The notes beneath the pieces are model-generated. The model had not been told where the DNA came from. It made no database searches and was given only the letters and a program-made list of their open reading frames with translations. Shown in pieces: positions 22,625 through 36,470 of a stretch of 64,000 nucleotides of DNA. Source of the stretch: Isurus oxyrinchus (lineage: Eukaryota). Position numbers and translations under genes: made by a program. The stretch's first letter is position 1; every line of letters begins with the position of its first letter. Where the stretch lies: positions 3,968,001-4,032,000 of the forward strand of contig JANJGN010000034.1 in the NCBI GenBank assembly GCA_026770705.1, written 5' to 3'.

Positions 22625-25217
22625 TTTATTCATTGATGGGATTTGGGGTTCGCATGACATGCCTGCATTTATTTCCCGACCCTAGTTGCCCTTTAGAATG
22701 TGCTGGTTCACTGCATTCTGGAACTGCTGCAGCCCACCTGAGGCAGGGAAACCTACTTTGCTCTTAGGAAGGGAGTGCCAGGAGTTTCACCCGAAAGTTT
22801 AGGAAAATCGATATAAACCTATGTAAGCATGGTGAGTGGAAGGGGACGTCAATGTCCTCGTACTACTATCTATCTACTGCCCTTGTTCTTCCAGATGGCC
22901 GTGGTCTTGGGTTTTGGAGGAGCTGTTGATGCATCCTTGGAAAATTCCTGAAATGCATCTTGTAGATGGTTGACAATGCTGCTTCTCTGCGTTGATGCTG
23001 GAGGGCGTCAATGTTTGTCAATGCAGTGCCATTGAAACAGGCTGCTCGATCCTGACGGTGTCCAACTTCTTGAGTGTTGTGGAAGGTGCAGTCATCCAGC
23101 GAAGTTGTTTCAATCATACTTCTGATTTGTGCCATGTAGATTGTGGGCAGGCTTTGCAGAGTACAGACATGGGTTACTCGCTACAAATTCCTAGCTTCTG
23201 ACCTGCTTTTCTCGCCAACGTATTTATATGCCTATTCCAGTAGAGGTCCTGGTCAATGGCAACACCAAGGGTATTGATTATGGGGGGTTCAGTAAGGGTA
23301 ATGCCATTGAACATCAAGTGGTGATGATTGGGTTGGAGATGCTCATTAGCTGACAATTGTGTTGTGCGATGTTACTTCCACTGTGGATCACAAGGAAACC
23401 TTTTATTTTGTCCACCTGTTATTTTGCATTTTTCAGCCCAAGCCTGGATATTATCCAAGTCTTGATGAATTTGGATATGACCTATTTCAGTATCTGAGGG
23501 GTCAAGAATGCTGCTGAACAATGGGCAATCTTCAGCAATAATGCCCATTTCTGTCCCTCTAAAGAAAAGATAGTCATTGGTTAAGTAGCGATAGATAATT
23601 GCGACAGGGGCATTACTCATGAGGAACTCCTGCAGTGATGAGCTGGAGTTGAGAAGACTGACCTCCGACAACCACAGCCATGCTCGTTTGTGGTAGGCCA
23701 GATTCCAGCCAGATATTTATTTTTGATGCGCAATTGACTCTGTTTTGTTTGGGCGCCTTGATGTTACACTTGGTCAAGTGTATCCTTGATATCAAGGGTT
23801 TCACTCTCACCTCACCTTGTAATTTCACATCTTTTTCAAATGCCTGAACGAAGGCTGTAATGAAGTGAGCAGCTGATCACCCTTTAAGGATCCATAATGG
23901 GAGATTATTGCTAAGCAAATGTGGCTTAATAGTATTTTTGATAACTCCTCCCGTTACTTTCCTGGTGAAGGAGAGAAGGCTGACGGGCTATTGATTAGCC
24001 AGGGATAGATCTTCCTGTTTTTTTTTTGTGTACGGGATGTACCTCGACAATTTAATACATATCACGTAGATGCCAGTCTTGTAGGTCGATTGGAAGATCT
24101 TGGTTAAAGATGGATCACAAGGCTTCAGTGCTATAGTCGGAATATTGTTATTGTCCATAGCCCATGCAGTACCATTGTCTTCAGCTTTTTCTTGATTTCC
24201 GGAGGAGGCCGGGAATCATCCACTCGGAGATTTTGGCTGAATATTGTAGCAAATGATTCAGCCTTATCGTTTGCAGTGATGTATTGGGCTCCTCTATCTT
24301 TGAGGGAGATCATATTTGTGGCGCCTCCTCCTCCAGCGATTTGTTCAATTCTCCACTGCCATTCACGAGTTGTTGTTTCAGGGCTGCATAGCTTATATCA
24401 GCTTCGGTATTTGACGGATCGCTTAGCACTGTTTATCACTTGCTGGTTGTGATGTTTGACACTCAAGTGGTGTCATAGCCATAGCTTTTGCTATAGCTTC
24501 ACCAAATTGACACCTCATTTTTAGGTATGACTGGTGCTGCTCCTGGCATGCCATCCTGCAGGCTTCCTTGAACCAGGGCAATTCCTCTGGCCTGATGTTA
24601 TTGGTAGAGTTGGACGTATGCTGGGTCATGAGGTTGCAAATTGTGTTTTAATGAAATTCTGCTGATGTTCATTTCCACAGCGCCTCGTCGGTGTGTGTGT
24701 TTCTAGCTGTTTTCGAAAGCTACCCCATTTAGTACGGTGGTTATGCTGAAGAACACGATGGAAGATTTCCTCAATATGATGGGGGGTCTTCATCTCCACA
24801 ATGATTGTGCAGTGGGCACTCCAAAATATACTGTAATGTACTGAAGAACCTGTGTCAGGCTGACTGTTGGGGCTGAGGTCAAACATGTTTTCTCTCTTGT
24901 TGGTTCCCTCATCTCCTGCCGCAGACCTAGACTAGCAGCTATGTCATAAATTTTATAGATTTTTCTTTTCCCACCTATTTCCATTATTTTTAAATATTTT
25001 AAAATCTTTTATGCTCCCCCCACCCCCACTAGAGCTGTACATTGAGTGCCCTACCATCCATTCTTAATTAGCACATTCGTTTAGATAATATCACCAACTT
25101 TAACTTTAACACCTATGTGTTCTTTTGTACCATTGTCGCTGACATCTTTTGATGATCTGCTTCTATCACTGCTTGTTTGTCTACACAAGCACCTCTCTCT
25201 CTCTCTATCTCTCCGCC

Positions 25218-25248
<31 letters not shown>

Positions 25249-25650
25249 ACACCTTAAACCAGCTTATATTTCAACTCTTTCTTGGACTCGAAATCAAGTT
25301 CTGTCGAAGGGTCATGAGGACTCGAAACGTCAACTCTTTTCTTCTCCGCCGATGCTGCCAGACCTGCTGAGTTTTTCCAGGTAATTCTGTTTTTGTTTCG
25401 GTCACTTATATAGTGTCCTAGAAATCCTGGTGATGAACATTGAAGTCCTCCCTTGCAACGTCCATATTGTGCAGGCACCATGCTCCGTGCTTACTCCAAG
25501 TGTTGCTCAGTACTTAATCCAGTGCACTGAGTCATCATCTGAGGGAGGTTGATTTCTGTTAATTAGCAGCTGTTTTCCTTGCCCATGTTTCACTTGATTT
25601 GATGAGACTTCGGGGGTCCATTTTTGGGAGAATGAAGACTCTGTTTGGGA
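22625..25650 (-). mobile_element. Shark L2/CR1-group LINE, long fragment (endonuclease/RT), nested in CR1
   Basis: IIAEDCPLFSSILDPSDTEIGHIQIHQDLDNIQAWAEK; ITANDKAESFATIFSQ; LPWFKEACRMACQEQHQ. Confidence 0.85.
24945..25398 (+). mobile_element. Penelope pLTR/3' UTR fragment (young)
   Basis: Closely matches 51870-52310; contains a hammerhead-like motif at 25301-25335. Confidence 0.85.
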
Positions 25651-25996
25651 TTCCTCAGATATGGCTACATGAACGTTAGCACAGGAACTGAAACAAAGAA
25701 ATACAGGGGAAAACATATTTGGAAAGGACAGAGCTGGATAAAGCCCGAGTTTGCTGTGACAACAGACATTGTAAAGGACAATAAATAATAAAGTACTTTA
25801 GGGGGAAAAATAGCAGTATATTTATGAGGACTGGAGGTGGTTGGGTGTGGGCGAATCATGAAGGGAGTGAAATTAGTTGGATGTTGCATGCATGTAGTCC
25901 ATAAGATCAGTAGGCGGATTGAGTAATTTCTACTCTGAATCATTATCTGAGATACAATTTAGCTCGCATCATAAGGGAGAGGCTAAACGGTTTGGG

Positions 25997-27760
25997 AAAA
26001 TATGATGTAATTATTTCTCACATGCTACCTATATCACTTGCCCAAATCAACAGATCAGTGAAACTCGGCTTTGCATTTTTAGCTCATGGGACCAGTTTTT
26101 ATTTCCCTATACTGGTTACATCTGTGATAACTATGACTGCCTCCATCATACTGGCCTTTATTCCATGAATTATTAACCCAGATTCTACATATTTCCATTG
26201 TAACAAAAGTAGTTCATCGCTGGAGTCATTCAGCTTGATTTATTCTGCACCCTTATAAAAGTCCTCACATTTTTCCTATAGAATGGAGACCAGAAGTAGA
26301 TACAATACATTAGTTGGGGTTGACTCAACGTATTTTCTAGGTTAAGCATCATTTACCATATGTGTTTGTACTGAATGCAAACATGCCTGCAACACCGGTT
26401 TGGATATGCTTTGTAACTAGTCTCCCAAATGCCTCTATCTTCGATCCAGCTTCAAGTGGTTCAGTATTTGTAAAAAAAGACAAGATTGTGGGAGCTACCA
26501 GTGCCTTCTGCGATGGGGGAGGATTTTGCAGATCATCGCAGGCCTGGATTTTATTTTCTTTATCTTCTGCCAACAATGTACAATTAACCAAACATTCCCA
26601 AAGTCCAATAGATGCTTACGCTGCTATCATCATAACAACTGTCATCATTGCCATAGTCGTAATTGCAGAATGGAGTAAAAGCTCTCGATTTAATTGAGAA
26701 CAGCATGTTACATGGAATGCATATAAAGGAAAATACGTCATGTACCTAAGTGATCTTTCTCGGTGTGGATGCCCTTCACAGTTCAGGGGAAGCTTATGGA
26801 AAAATTTTCAGAGAAATAATGACGAATATCCATTTGATTGAAAAGATTCAGCACGGATTTGCAACAGTCAGATGTTTTTGAATGGCCCTAATCATTTATT
26901 TTCTGACCGAAGTCCTCAAATTAGAATGAACTGAAACTTGAACACAGGGATAAAACCCATGGTTTATCATTAAATTTGAGGAAACCCTTTTCCCAAAATA
27001 TCACACCCAAGTCCGGTTAACAAAATTGAGGTTGCATTAAACATGATTGCCAAATTTAGCTTCGATTAAAAACAAAGCTCAATGGACAGAAAATAGTGAA
27101 TTGTGTTAAATGTGTTTTCTTATTTTTGTGCAGGCAGGACTGGGGCAGCCTTTAGTTTTCCCATAGTTTCAGCACAGTACAGCAAAAAAAAAAAACGGGA
27201 TCAGATGCACATTAGCATGTAAGGAGGCCAATAGAGACTAAAAGGGACCTTGTAAAGTGTCACGCATGTAACGACCTGTTGATTCAAGTGCATATACCTA
27301 TGCAAATGGCAGCATGCATTTGGGAGACTAAATACAAAGCATATCCAATCCGGTGTTGCAGGAATGTTTGCATTGAGTACAAACAAATATGGTAAATGAT
27401 GCTTAACCTAGAAAAGACGTTGGGTCAACCCCAACTAATGTATTGTATCCACGTCTGGTCTCCATACTACAGGGAAAATGTGAGGACTTTTATAAGGGTG
27501 CAGAATAAATCAAGATGAATGACTCCAGCGATGAGCTACTTTTTTTACAACGGAAATTTGCAGAATCTGGGGTACTACTTCATGGAATAAAGGACATTCA
27601 TGGCCAGTATGATGGAGGCATTCATAGCTATCACAAATGTAACGAGGGTTTGGAAAGAAAAAACGGTCCCATGAGCTAATGATGCAAAGCCGAGTTGCAG
27701 CGATTTGTCGATTCGGGCAAGTGATATAGGTAGCATGTGAGAAATAACGATTAATATTTT
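25997..27760. repeat. Inverted repeat, arms ~25997-26432 and ~27316-27760 (CR1-derived)
   Basis: The reverse complement of arm 1 aligns to arm 2 along ~430 bp at high identity (roughly 85-90% by eye). Confidence 0.92.
26435..26700 (-). pseudogene. Fragment of a UL7-like tegument gene
   Basis: LWECLVNCTLLAEDKENKI resembles FxGFxxxxLxxxEDxVxxL; downstream of UL6 on the same strand. Confidence 0.4.
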
Positions 27761-29990
27761 GATCATCTGTCAATGGCGCCAGGGTTACTACATACGGGGG
27801 CGGTAAAAAAATAGATGGTGAATGATATGTGAAGAAAAGGAAATGGTTGTTTGAAGGATAAATCATTGGAAGTCTAGGGAAAAGGAAAGGGGAGAACGGG
27901 CTCAGCGGATTCTTCAACAAGACAAAGGCAAGAATGAGTTGGATACGTATGTTTCTACAATGCATTTCTGCTGCTGCAGTGTTCTATCTTAAATAATATC
28001 TTCAGCTCATGTGGAATGAGACTAAGGCTACAATTTTCGCATTTAATTGCCTGTACAATGCAACGGTTCACAGCTGAAAGTGCCTTTGAATTATGTGGTG
28101 TCATGTCCCAGAAGTTGTTCACAGCACAACATGACAAAATGTGTTTTCACCTAGTGCTGCTAAAGTGGATGGTTCCAAACGTTTAAGTGGCTTAAGTCTT
28201 TGTTGTGTGTGCTCCAAAAAAACAGACATCGCATCACACTGTTTCTATCCGCATTAGTATAATGTTCTGATCGTTTTTCCTCGTATGTACTTTTATTCAC
28301 TCCTATTACTTGCGGATATTCAGCTAGCCTTAGCCATTCCATGCCTGGTTGTGTATCACACTCGACGAACTCGCCATAAAGAAGGTTCGTCTGTCTTATA
28401 TTACTTCTAGGTTTTGATCCCACCACAAACACCCACCTCCTCGCCCCGCACACACAAATCTACCAACATGCCCAACACCTGTGGCGAAATTTAATCTCTT
28501 AAGGACACAGCGACCTGTTGCAAAAAACAGTCAGCAGACATGTTGTAGTAACTGGCACTCCTTTAAAAAATGGCAAAGCTAGAATTGTACAACATTACGT
28601 GACATAAAATGAAGCAATATATATTTGTGTGGCAAACAGTGTTTAACAGCTGACATACACCATCACAATGTCTTCTTTTTGTTAGCTTTGTTGTAAACAG
28701 AGATCAAATTTACAGTCTTGGCATCTATCCATCAATTCACTGTGTGAATTTTCCAATTGTCTGCTGGAAGCTATGTGCAACTTTCAATCGTACAGCGCAA
28801 TTCACAGAGCTCGTCATTCTAAGCATTTACATATTTACTAATTCGCTTCAAACCTCACCCATGAATCTGCTGCCAATGTACATTTAGCAAGTGATTCCAC
28901 GTCACCACTATTATATGCCCATCATTGTCAACTAGAACATAAAGAGAGAAATGGGCAGATAAAAAGGCCGCTGATCAGCACATTTAAATATGATCTTGAA
29001 TTTGGCTGGTATAAATGTTGAAAATCTGGGAAGTGAGATGAGTTCTCTGTTTCTATGCGACTCTTGGGGGATGACAGAAGGATTGAAAAACACAACATGA
29101 CTCACTGCTCTTTAACGTTAATTTAACGAATTCTGTGGTAGCTGCAATGGAAATTGTGTTTTTTTGTTCTTTTTGAACTGATTTTCAACTATGATGCAAT
29201 GTAGCAAAGTTATTGTCCCTCCTGTGCCCCTCAGTACTGGGGACCTTCTTTTGTCAAACGCCACGTTACAACTCCTCAATGACATTATTCTTTTGGAATA
29301 TAGATATATGATAATATGTATGCAGTTAACATGATCTTACTGTTTGTATTGATGCTACATTTTACACGTTGGCAAATCTATTCACTTGCCATCCGGCAGG
29401 ACAATGCATTTCAAGATTTGTGGAAAATTGCTTGTGTTATTTTGAGACACAGGCATTCAAATAAGCTACATATTAAGCCCATTTATCTGACTATTTTTTT
29501 GTTTTTACTTCCCGTGACAGATCTGATACATTTACTTTGTCTGTTTTTATTTCAGGAATGAATGTAACTTTGTTTTAACCTTGACAATTCACTTGGCTAC
29601 AAAAAGCTATTGGAATGAGTTATCCATTCTTGCCAAAAAGCTAACAAATTCCATGACATTTGTTACTTTAACGATATTCATCTATTAGAACACAAGGCCC
29701 TTAAAATTAAGGAAAGTGAACTGCCTCTGTAATGTTAACCGATTTATGGGAGGTGCTTAGATACTACTTACCTAACTGCATTATGCTGATCGCCATCCTC
29801 ATCGGACAACATCTATTGATCTCAAGACAATGATGCAATGAATTTCTTGCCTTGCCAATGGCTCACTGAAGTTTTGATAGTTTGCTTTTCCTTGTGCCAC
29901 GTACGAACACATTTGTACATGAAGATTCGGTCGGCGTGTTACCTCATGAGTTGCATTCCAGTCGAAATCCAACTTCACCCTATTGATGGC
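27760..29990 (-). pseudogene. UL6: Capsid portal protein relic
   Basis: LHVQMCSYVAQG..SEPLARQ (29924-29847; cf. LHGxLGYTEGQG..SEAxxRQ); LCELRCT (cf. VCRLRNT); VNLISVYNK; AVNNF; HELKILFKI (28011-27985; cf. QELVRCFKI). Divergent from UL5. Confidence 0.8.
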
Positions 29991-30549
29991 CCTTGGAGGG
30001 AAAATTCATATCTCTGTAATTCTAGCATCAAATTTAGTGCTTATTTCTTTTTCTTTCATTAGCAATCCTCCCTGCCTAGTCGTTCCATTAAGTTAAACTG
30101 AAAGGTGGAAAAAAGTGTTCTGCTGTCAGCATATAAAAAAAAATAACCAATAGGATTAAGGTTCCTTTGATAAAACCAGAAATTAAAAAAAAATGCAGCA
30201 ACAGAAGTCGGAAATAGATGAATATTTTTCTACAGACTCAAACTAGAGAGTTGCCGGTAATTAGATGATGCAGCTGTAACGTCATTCACACAATAGTCTG
30301 TCTACAAAAGATCAATTCAATTCTCCATTCCGTGACTCGATTAGCTCTTATTATCAGAGATACGCAGAGATTCGTGGCAGATTCAAAGCTATGGGATTGG
30401 TTATTCATCCCACCGGCCAAAGTCATTGACCTTCAGATTAGTGAGAACAACAGATACCAGGACTGAACCAGTGACAGTCTTATATTAAAGTCGTAACTTT
30501 GCTCAGTCAAATTATTCAGACCCGAATAAATTGCTGCCCAGTTACCTGT

Positions 30550-33500
30550 TGTTCCTATCTATTGCGGTTTTTAAACTGTGCATCTATTAGACGTCAAGGG
30601 GAATCGATTAGAATCAGTGGCACTGAGGTGAGTGGAAAATCGGCTGCAATTAATGATTTGTGTAAAGTAAAGAGGCTGGTCATAAGGGATTGTGTCCCAT
30701 TTTATAATAGAACAAATGCGCTGTAGAAGGCTACGGCTGGATTTTGAGATTTTATCCGTTAGATTTCGAATTGTGAAGGGATTTCGAACAGCTTTGGCAG
30801 AGTTTCAAAAAGAACTAATGATTTATTCTGTTCTGACTCATAGAGGCAGAAAAATTGCCTGATGACGTTGCTAGTACGGTTATTCATTTTGTGTAATGCA
30901 GCTGCCAATATGACTGTGTGATCTGTGTTGGGTAATGAAAGCTGAAGGCAAATGCCTCTGAAAATATTTGGAACTTTTCCTCTGCATAATGATTCAATTA
31001 TGGCTTATTTTATGCATTGCCTGTGATGCCTGAACTTCTGTGTTTTGTTTAAGCCCAATGAGTTTACACATTCATTTGCAAATGCATCCAGGTCCTTGTT
31101 CTAGGTAAGCTCTTCTTTCCTTTCTAGATAGAATTTCTATCTCAAACGTTATATCCTGCATCCTTGATATTCCAACTTCTGTTACGGCCACACGTATCAT
31201 GAAGTGTTAGTCATTTCAATCTCGAATTCAGTCTCCACAGAGTTCTAGGTCTTTGCCCCTCCTTGGAAATAAAAACGTCTTTTTGCTCAAATTTACAGAT
31301 ACTTCTACGGTGCCTCGGCAGAGAATTTTGGTTAACCATGGTTCTTTATATCCATTCTTGTTGTTGCACACAATAATAGCCCTTGGGAAACTTGACACTT
31401 CTAGTGTTAGGTGTACAGCACCATCTGCGTGTGCCTGAGTTGTTTTATTTTTCAGTTAAAAATATGTTGCTTATAACTCTGCAGGACAATATGATAAACG
31501 TAACGCATGTAGTATTAAATGCCTGTCGCATTTAAAAAAATACCAGAACTTTACCCATGAAAATTGTAAGTGTTACAAATGGACCTGCATCACTTGCAGC
31601 AGATAAAATCAAAAAAAAAGAGACGTGCATTACCTGTATGTATTTCCCGGAGAACGAGCATAAATTGGACTTTGATTTGCGCACATTGTTGGGGATGAAA
31701 TGAAACCAAACGGCTCCGTATTTGTAATGGAAGCAGAGATACACTGGTTGAATTGCAACGGTGTGGGTGGAGGTGAGTTGGTGACTGATATCAGTTTAGA
31801 TGTGGACAACCATGGCCCAGTGTCTGTTTGTACAAGACCAAAAAATTTCAGGAACTATGTTGAACTCTGTTGCAACTTAAATGGGCATGATATAAATGAT
31901 GATCTGTTATTTTCCCTGCATTATATTCAGCTCTCTTGAATATCACGTGGTGCATATTTATGCGAAACTAGCACTTACACTGAAAAAAGTATGTTCATTT
32001 CATTTAGATGGCGCACTTAACTTTCTCAGATTTTCCTAATTGCTTAAACACAAATTGATTTGGTTGAAACCTCGAATTGATCACAAGGTAGGCAAACAGC
32101 GGGGACAGATGCCTCCACACTAATACTATTAGAAATGGTTATGCGTCATTCTGATTTCAGGGCCAATGTTGACCAGCAATGCTTGGAGAATCATTAGCTG
32201 GGTACCTGTGAAATTGTTCCATTTATTTGGAAGAGGCCTTATGGCCTTTATTTTAATAAGGATTCGGAGAGATTTCTGTTAAATCAGCAGCTCGAAAAGT
32301 TGAGCAGTTGTAAGCTGAGATTCTTGAGATATTGTGCTGATCTGTTGGTCAAGGGAACGTGACTCCAAGCCAGACTAGAGAAGGAATAAGTTAATTGAAA
32401 AAATAACCTCCGGTGATTTACTTTAGACAACAAATCACAACGCCATTAAAATATACAACTCCCTCAGATCGACAACCACCCGCATCCAACCTCGGCCCTC
32501 CAATTCCCACTTGAGTTTTCGAAAGCATCCCATCCCCCCGACACTCCAACATACCCCCAACCTTCTAAGGCCCCACCGAACCGACCAGCCCTGATCTAAC
32601 CACACTGCCCTCCTGCCAACAGACCTAAAATGCCACTTTACACACAACCATCTTACCCATTTAGCACTGCACCCTGCATGCCATCCACCAAAGAGAATTA
32701 ACTGCCTCCTACCCACCCAGAAACCTGCCACCAATTAGCCTGCCAGACTATCACTCAGCCGCTTAACACACTGAAAGCGTACCAGCGAAATCAGCTGAGA
32801 CTATACCTGCACTACCATATGCCATCTCATCCACCTAGCAAACAATCCGGCTATCACAAACCCACCAGACGTGCCCTCCTACGCAACTAACTTACTACAC
32901 CACCCATTCTACAAGCTGCTACCCTGCCACCCCGCAATTTATCATCCTGAAACTGGCCAGCCATTCTTACACTATTCCGCAACTCACAAGCCTGCTATCT
33001 AGCACACTGCCAGCTACCACCAATGTTGCACTCTACTCACTTACATCAATCACATTAACTCAACAGTGATAAGGTATTTAAATGTGCTAACGGAGCTTAT
33101 CGTGGTCATAAGGTAAGATTTATCAGTATTAGTCCATTACCTGCTTAAGAGGGATGCGGCTTGTCTTTCCCCAGCGATCGTACACTGAGAGCGAAGGATT
33201 CTGGAACAGTTAATTAAGCATTTTTCAGGAGTTCCGATTTGGAAAGACAGAGAGGAATGAAGACTCTGGGCGCTGGTTTAAAATAGAGAAGCCTAGAAAA
33301 AATCACGGCGATTGTCACTCCTCACGATTCGGTCGAGGTCCACAAGATTCCATGCTTTTAAGTCGACAAAAGCTTAATTATATGAATTCAGAAATGTGCA
33401 GCAATTTACAATTAACACAGCTTATCTGATAATGGAACACCCAGAATAAATATCCAAAGTGTGGTCAACTACTCCACACTGACAGTTGAGACCAAGCCTG

Positions 33501-35850
33501 ATCACGCAGATTTCTGAGCAACTCATCAAGACGCCATTGAGTGCACTGAATCAGATTACCTTGACAAAAATCTGTCTCTTTCAGGAAAGAAATTCCACTT
33601 TCGAACATTTGCACCTGAATTTTGTCACCTTCCGGTGGTTTAACATCTACTCCAGAGATGGCACTCCATGAGACTCACAAAGCTGCTCTTCCACCTGTGA
33701 ATATTGGCTCACTTCTAACAATTTCCCTGAGCACTAGGCTTGTTGAGTTGTCAATGCCCCTGGGTTCCGCAATATTCAGTCTCCAGAATGCATCGAGTGA
33801 GACATGTGGGAATGGTTCCAATGCCCAATGCTCTTCAGCACAGAACCACCAAACGTCCACTGTATTATCAGCTTCCCAGGATTTTCCGTGAGCTGTAACT
33901 GCACACAACAGCTCCTGTGCTTGTTCCGAGCTCTGACTGCTGAAAACTCCTAACAGCTATAGATTTCGAAAACGAGTCTATTGCCATGTTGCACTACACT
34001 CAGATACATTGATACCAGCGAACCATCATAAACTGCACTCACCTCCATCGTGGAGAGGCCTTTGAAAGATTACATAATTATTTTCATCTAATTTAGCTCT
34101 AACTTGATAAAACAAAGCATTTTTCTTGACCGCACTGCTTAAGAAGCAGTGTAAATATCAGTTCTCCAGCTATCCAGCTAGCGCAGCCCAGCTGATGTTT
34201 CAGGGCCTTATCTGTCCAGCTGTTAACCCAGTTCTGTCAAAACATTTGACATTGGGCCCATAATTCATTTAGTTTCACTCAGGGGGCTAATAACAAATAT
34301 TGGCAAGAAAAGGCTCGCAGAACATTAAAAATGAATTGAACAATATGATTACGGAAATAATAAATATGTATTTTTTAAAGTAAATAATAAAACATATGAT
34401 TATGAAGTACGAAGCAACTCAGATAACCAAAAAGAAAAAAAAAAAAACTTTTGTGCTTTTTGGTTTAAAAGGCAGGGCAGGAGAGAGTCTGATTAGGCCC
34501 CAAATCCTTGTCATCTGGAGAGGAGTCCCAGCTAAGAAAGTTGGGTTAAACTAATACTGACCTCGCAGTCTTCCCTGTTGGCACATAACCATGAAGGAAG
34601 AAGCGGAATCCGTACGAAAACAGCGCCCTTTCTGATTGGCTTTATGATTGGTTTTCCTCATCTCCTGGCTTGTTTCATATATTTCCATGAATATAGCAAC
34701 AGGAGCAGGCGGAGGAGGGCATTGCCTGAGTGTGCGAGTGTGTTTGTGTGTCCATGCGTGTTTGTGTATCTGCGTGTCTCACTCCCGTTTGAGCGTTCTC
34801 GTCCTAACCGGTTCACTCACCAACACTTGCCCGGACTAACTCAACCACATTCAGTCGGTCCAATTGACTCTCTCACTCATACGAACTTAATGCTTCAGTG
34901 AAACTAACTCACTCCGACTCAATAAATCACTCAGATGTGCTCACTCAGGAAGGCTCAGTAATTTACATGCACCAACTCACACATTTTCACTTACTCACAT
35001 GGACTCTATCACAAACACACGGGCCATGGTACACTGGAATCTTGCCGAGTCAGCATTGGGGATGCTTTCGGGAGGGTCCCTCTTTCTCTTTCCAATATCT
35101 TGGGCTCCAACTGCCAATGGGAATAGGAGTAGAGTGTGCGATGTGCAGGGCGTAAGGGGTTATTCCTGGCGGGGTTGCAGGCGCAGCTGCTGCTGTTTCT
35201 TATGGCCTAGGCAACCCGCTCCACCATATTAATTCATATTAAGCCCATTTGCACCTGCGCTGGAGAAAACAAGGAGAGATTATGTGACCCAAGGCACAGC
35301 AAGTGCGGTACAAGGCAGAGAGAACGCGAGCTGTGGAAACAAAGATAATCAAGTCATCCACCCACGACTCATGGATCCCGCAAAGAAAGACTTTTTTGCC
35401 TTTCGAATCTGTTGATAGTAGACCCACGTATGATCCAACCAGCAGCAAACGTGGGGAAAGAGGCGGCCTGAGACTGGGCTTGCAGCTCAAAGCAGTCTTT
35501 GATTGAACTTATCGTAATATGAACATTGGTTCTGCAGTCCTGATAAAGAGGGTTGGTGGCCCGAGCTTTGTCCCGTGGGGCGTGCATTAGACCAACATAT
35601 GTAAACAAATAAAGTCAGCATGACCCCAAATGTTTTAAGTATAATAGACCTAAAGCTGTGTGAGTTGGCTTTATTCAATTTTATGCAATTCAACTTCAAT
35701 GTTCAAAGGACGAAAATAGACTGAAATGTTAGCGAGGATCATAAACTAGGTATGCTTCATATAATCCTTATTTTAAGCATCATCATGAATGATTTTACAG
35801 AAAAATTGGGCAGATGCCCAAGTCTCCTTTCAATGTATCAAATGAAGGAT
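30550..35850 (+). pseudogene. UL5: SF1 helicase of the helicase-primase complex; pieces 30550-32420 and ~35690-35850
   Basis: Walker A ISGTEVSGKS (30613-30642; cf. ITGNAGSGKS); LAEFQKELMIY; SNVISCIL; NK/KR..LLRCL; KSMFISFRW..LSQIF; TDASTL; VPFIWKRPYG; YNPYFKHHHE (cf. LNPLRERHE). Confidence 0.8.
32430..35650. mobile_element. Composite insertion in UL5: C/A-rich low-complexity tracts plus decayed (possibly Harbinger-like) repeat
   Basis: Interrupts UL5 between motif V and the C-terminus; CA-rich at 32440-33060 and 34810-35020; SSTHDSWI at ~35350 is weakly Harbinger-like. Confidence 0.45.
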
Positions 35851-35869
35851 TGTGCTTTCCAATTTCCAC

Positions 35870-36470
35870 CCTGGTGTAGCAGCTCGATTTTATGGAGGGA
35901 AATTTGTATCACCATAAATGGGTGACTATGTACACGCTAAAGCATTTCACAGAAGTATTTATATGCTCTTAATTTGCTGTTGTGAGCATTCTTAATTTCA
36001 TATTTTTCGTTGATTTTGAAATTTGGTGCTGGTGATCATTAACTGCACAGTAAGAAGAATCAAAGAATATTGTATAAGCTGTAACCAGTTTTCGGCTGCC
36101 TGAAACTGTCGAATGCACCACATCTCTTTTGCATCTTATGTTTACTGCCTTATGGCTGCGGGAAACATCCTACATTACGTCGCCATTTTGTTGATAGAAA
36201 TAAAGGTACGTTGAAAGAAAGGGTTAAAGGAACTGTACTAAAGAGGTGATGTTCCTCTTGTCAATGTGTCAGAAAAAGGGCATTTTTGAACGGAGTTCAT
36301 ATTCAAAAAACCGCATGGCCGGATCGAAATTTAGGTCAGTATCTAAAATGAATACACAAAAAAACAGAGCCCTCAACACTCCTCGAAGACGAATGCAGTT
36401 TTGATGAAGTGCTAAGAGGAAAGCACAAGTGTGTGTCGTTCGGTTAATCACCATATATATTTTATTTGAA
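35870..36470 (+). pseudogene. UL2: Uracil-DNA glycosylase relic
   Basis: TEVFICS; FGAGDH*LH (cf. GQDPYH); RLPETV (cf. PPSL); YGC..AILLIEIKVR*KKG (cf. HGC..GVLLLNTTLTVKRG); EPSTL (cf. HPSPL). Directly upstream of UL3. Confidence 0.55.

Larger units (their letters stand above)
21740..27760 (+). mobile_element. Old CR1 element (ORF1 esterase 21740-22560; ORF2 pieces 25650-25995 and 26700-27760) with nested insertions
   Basis: SGNH-esterase-like ORF1 relic (..WQQFWESSDLYHWKQLHL..); ORF2 tail MLNLEKTLGQPQLMYCIHVWSPYY. Confidence 0.65.

Noticed and set aside
30250-30540. Stop-poor plus frame upstream of the UL5 Walker A
   Set aside because: No motif support; it could be an old SINE on the minus strand or the UL5 N-terminus, so it is left uncalled.
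31780-32000. DISLDVD..STYTEKS as a UL52/PrimPol-type primase
   Set aside because: It lies within a continuous UL5 helicase alignment.
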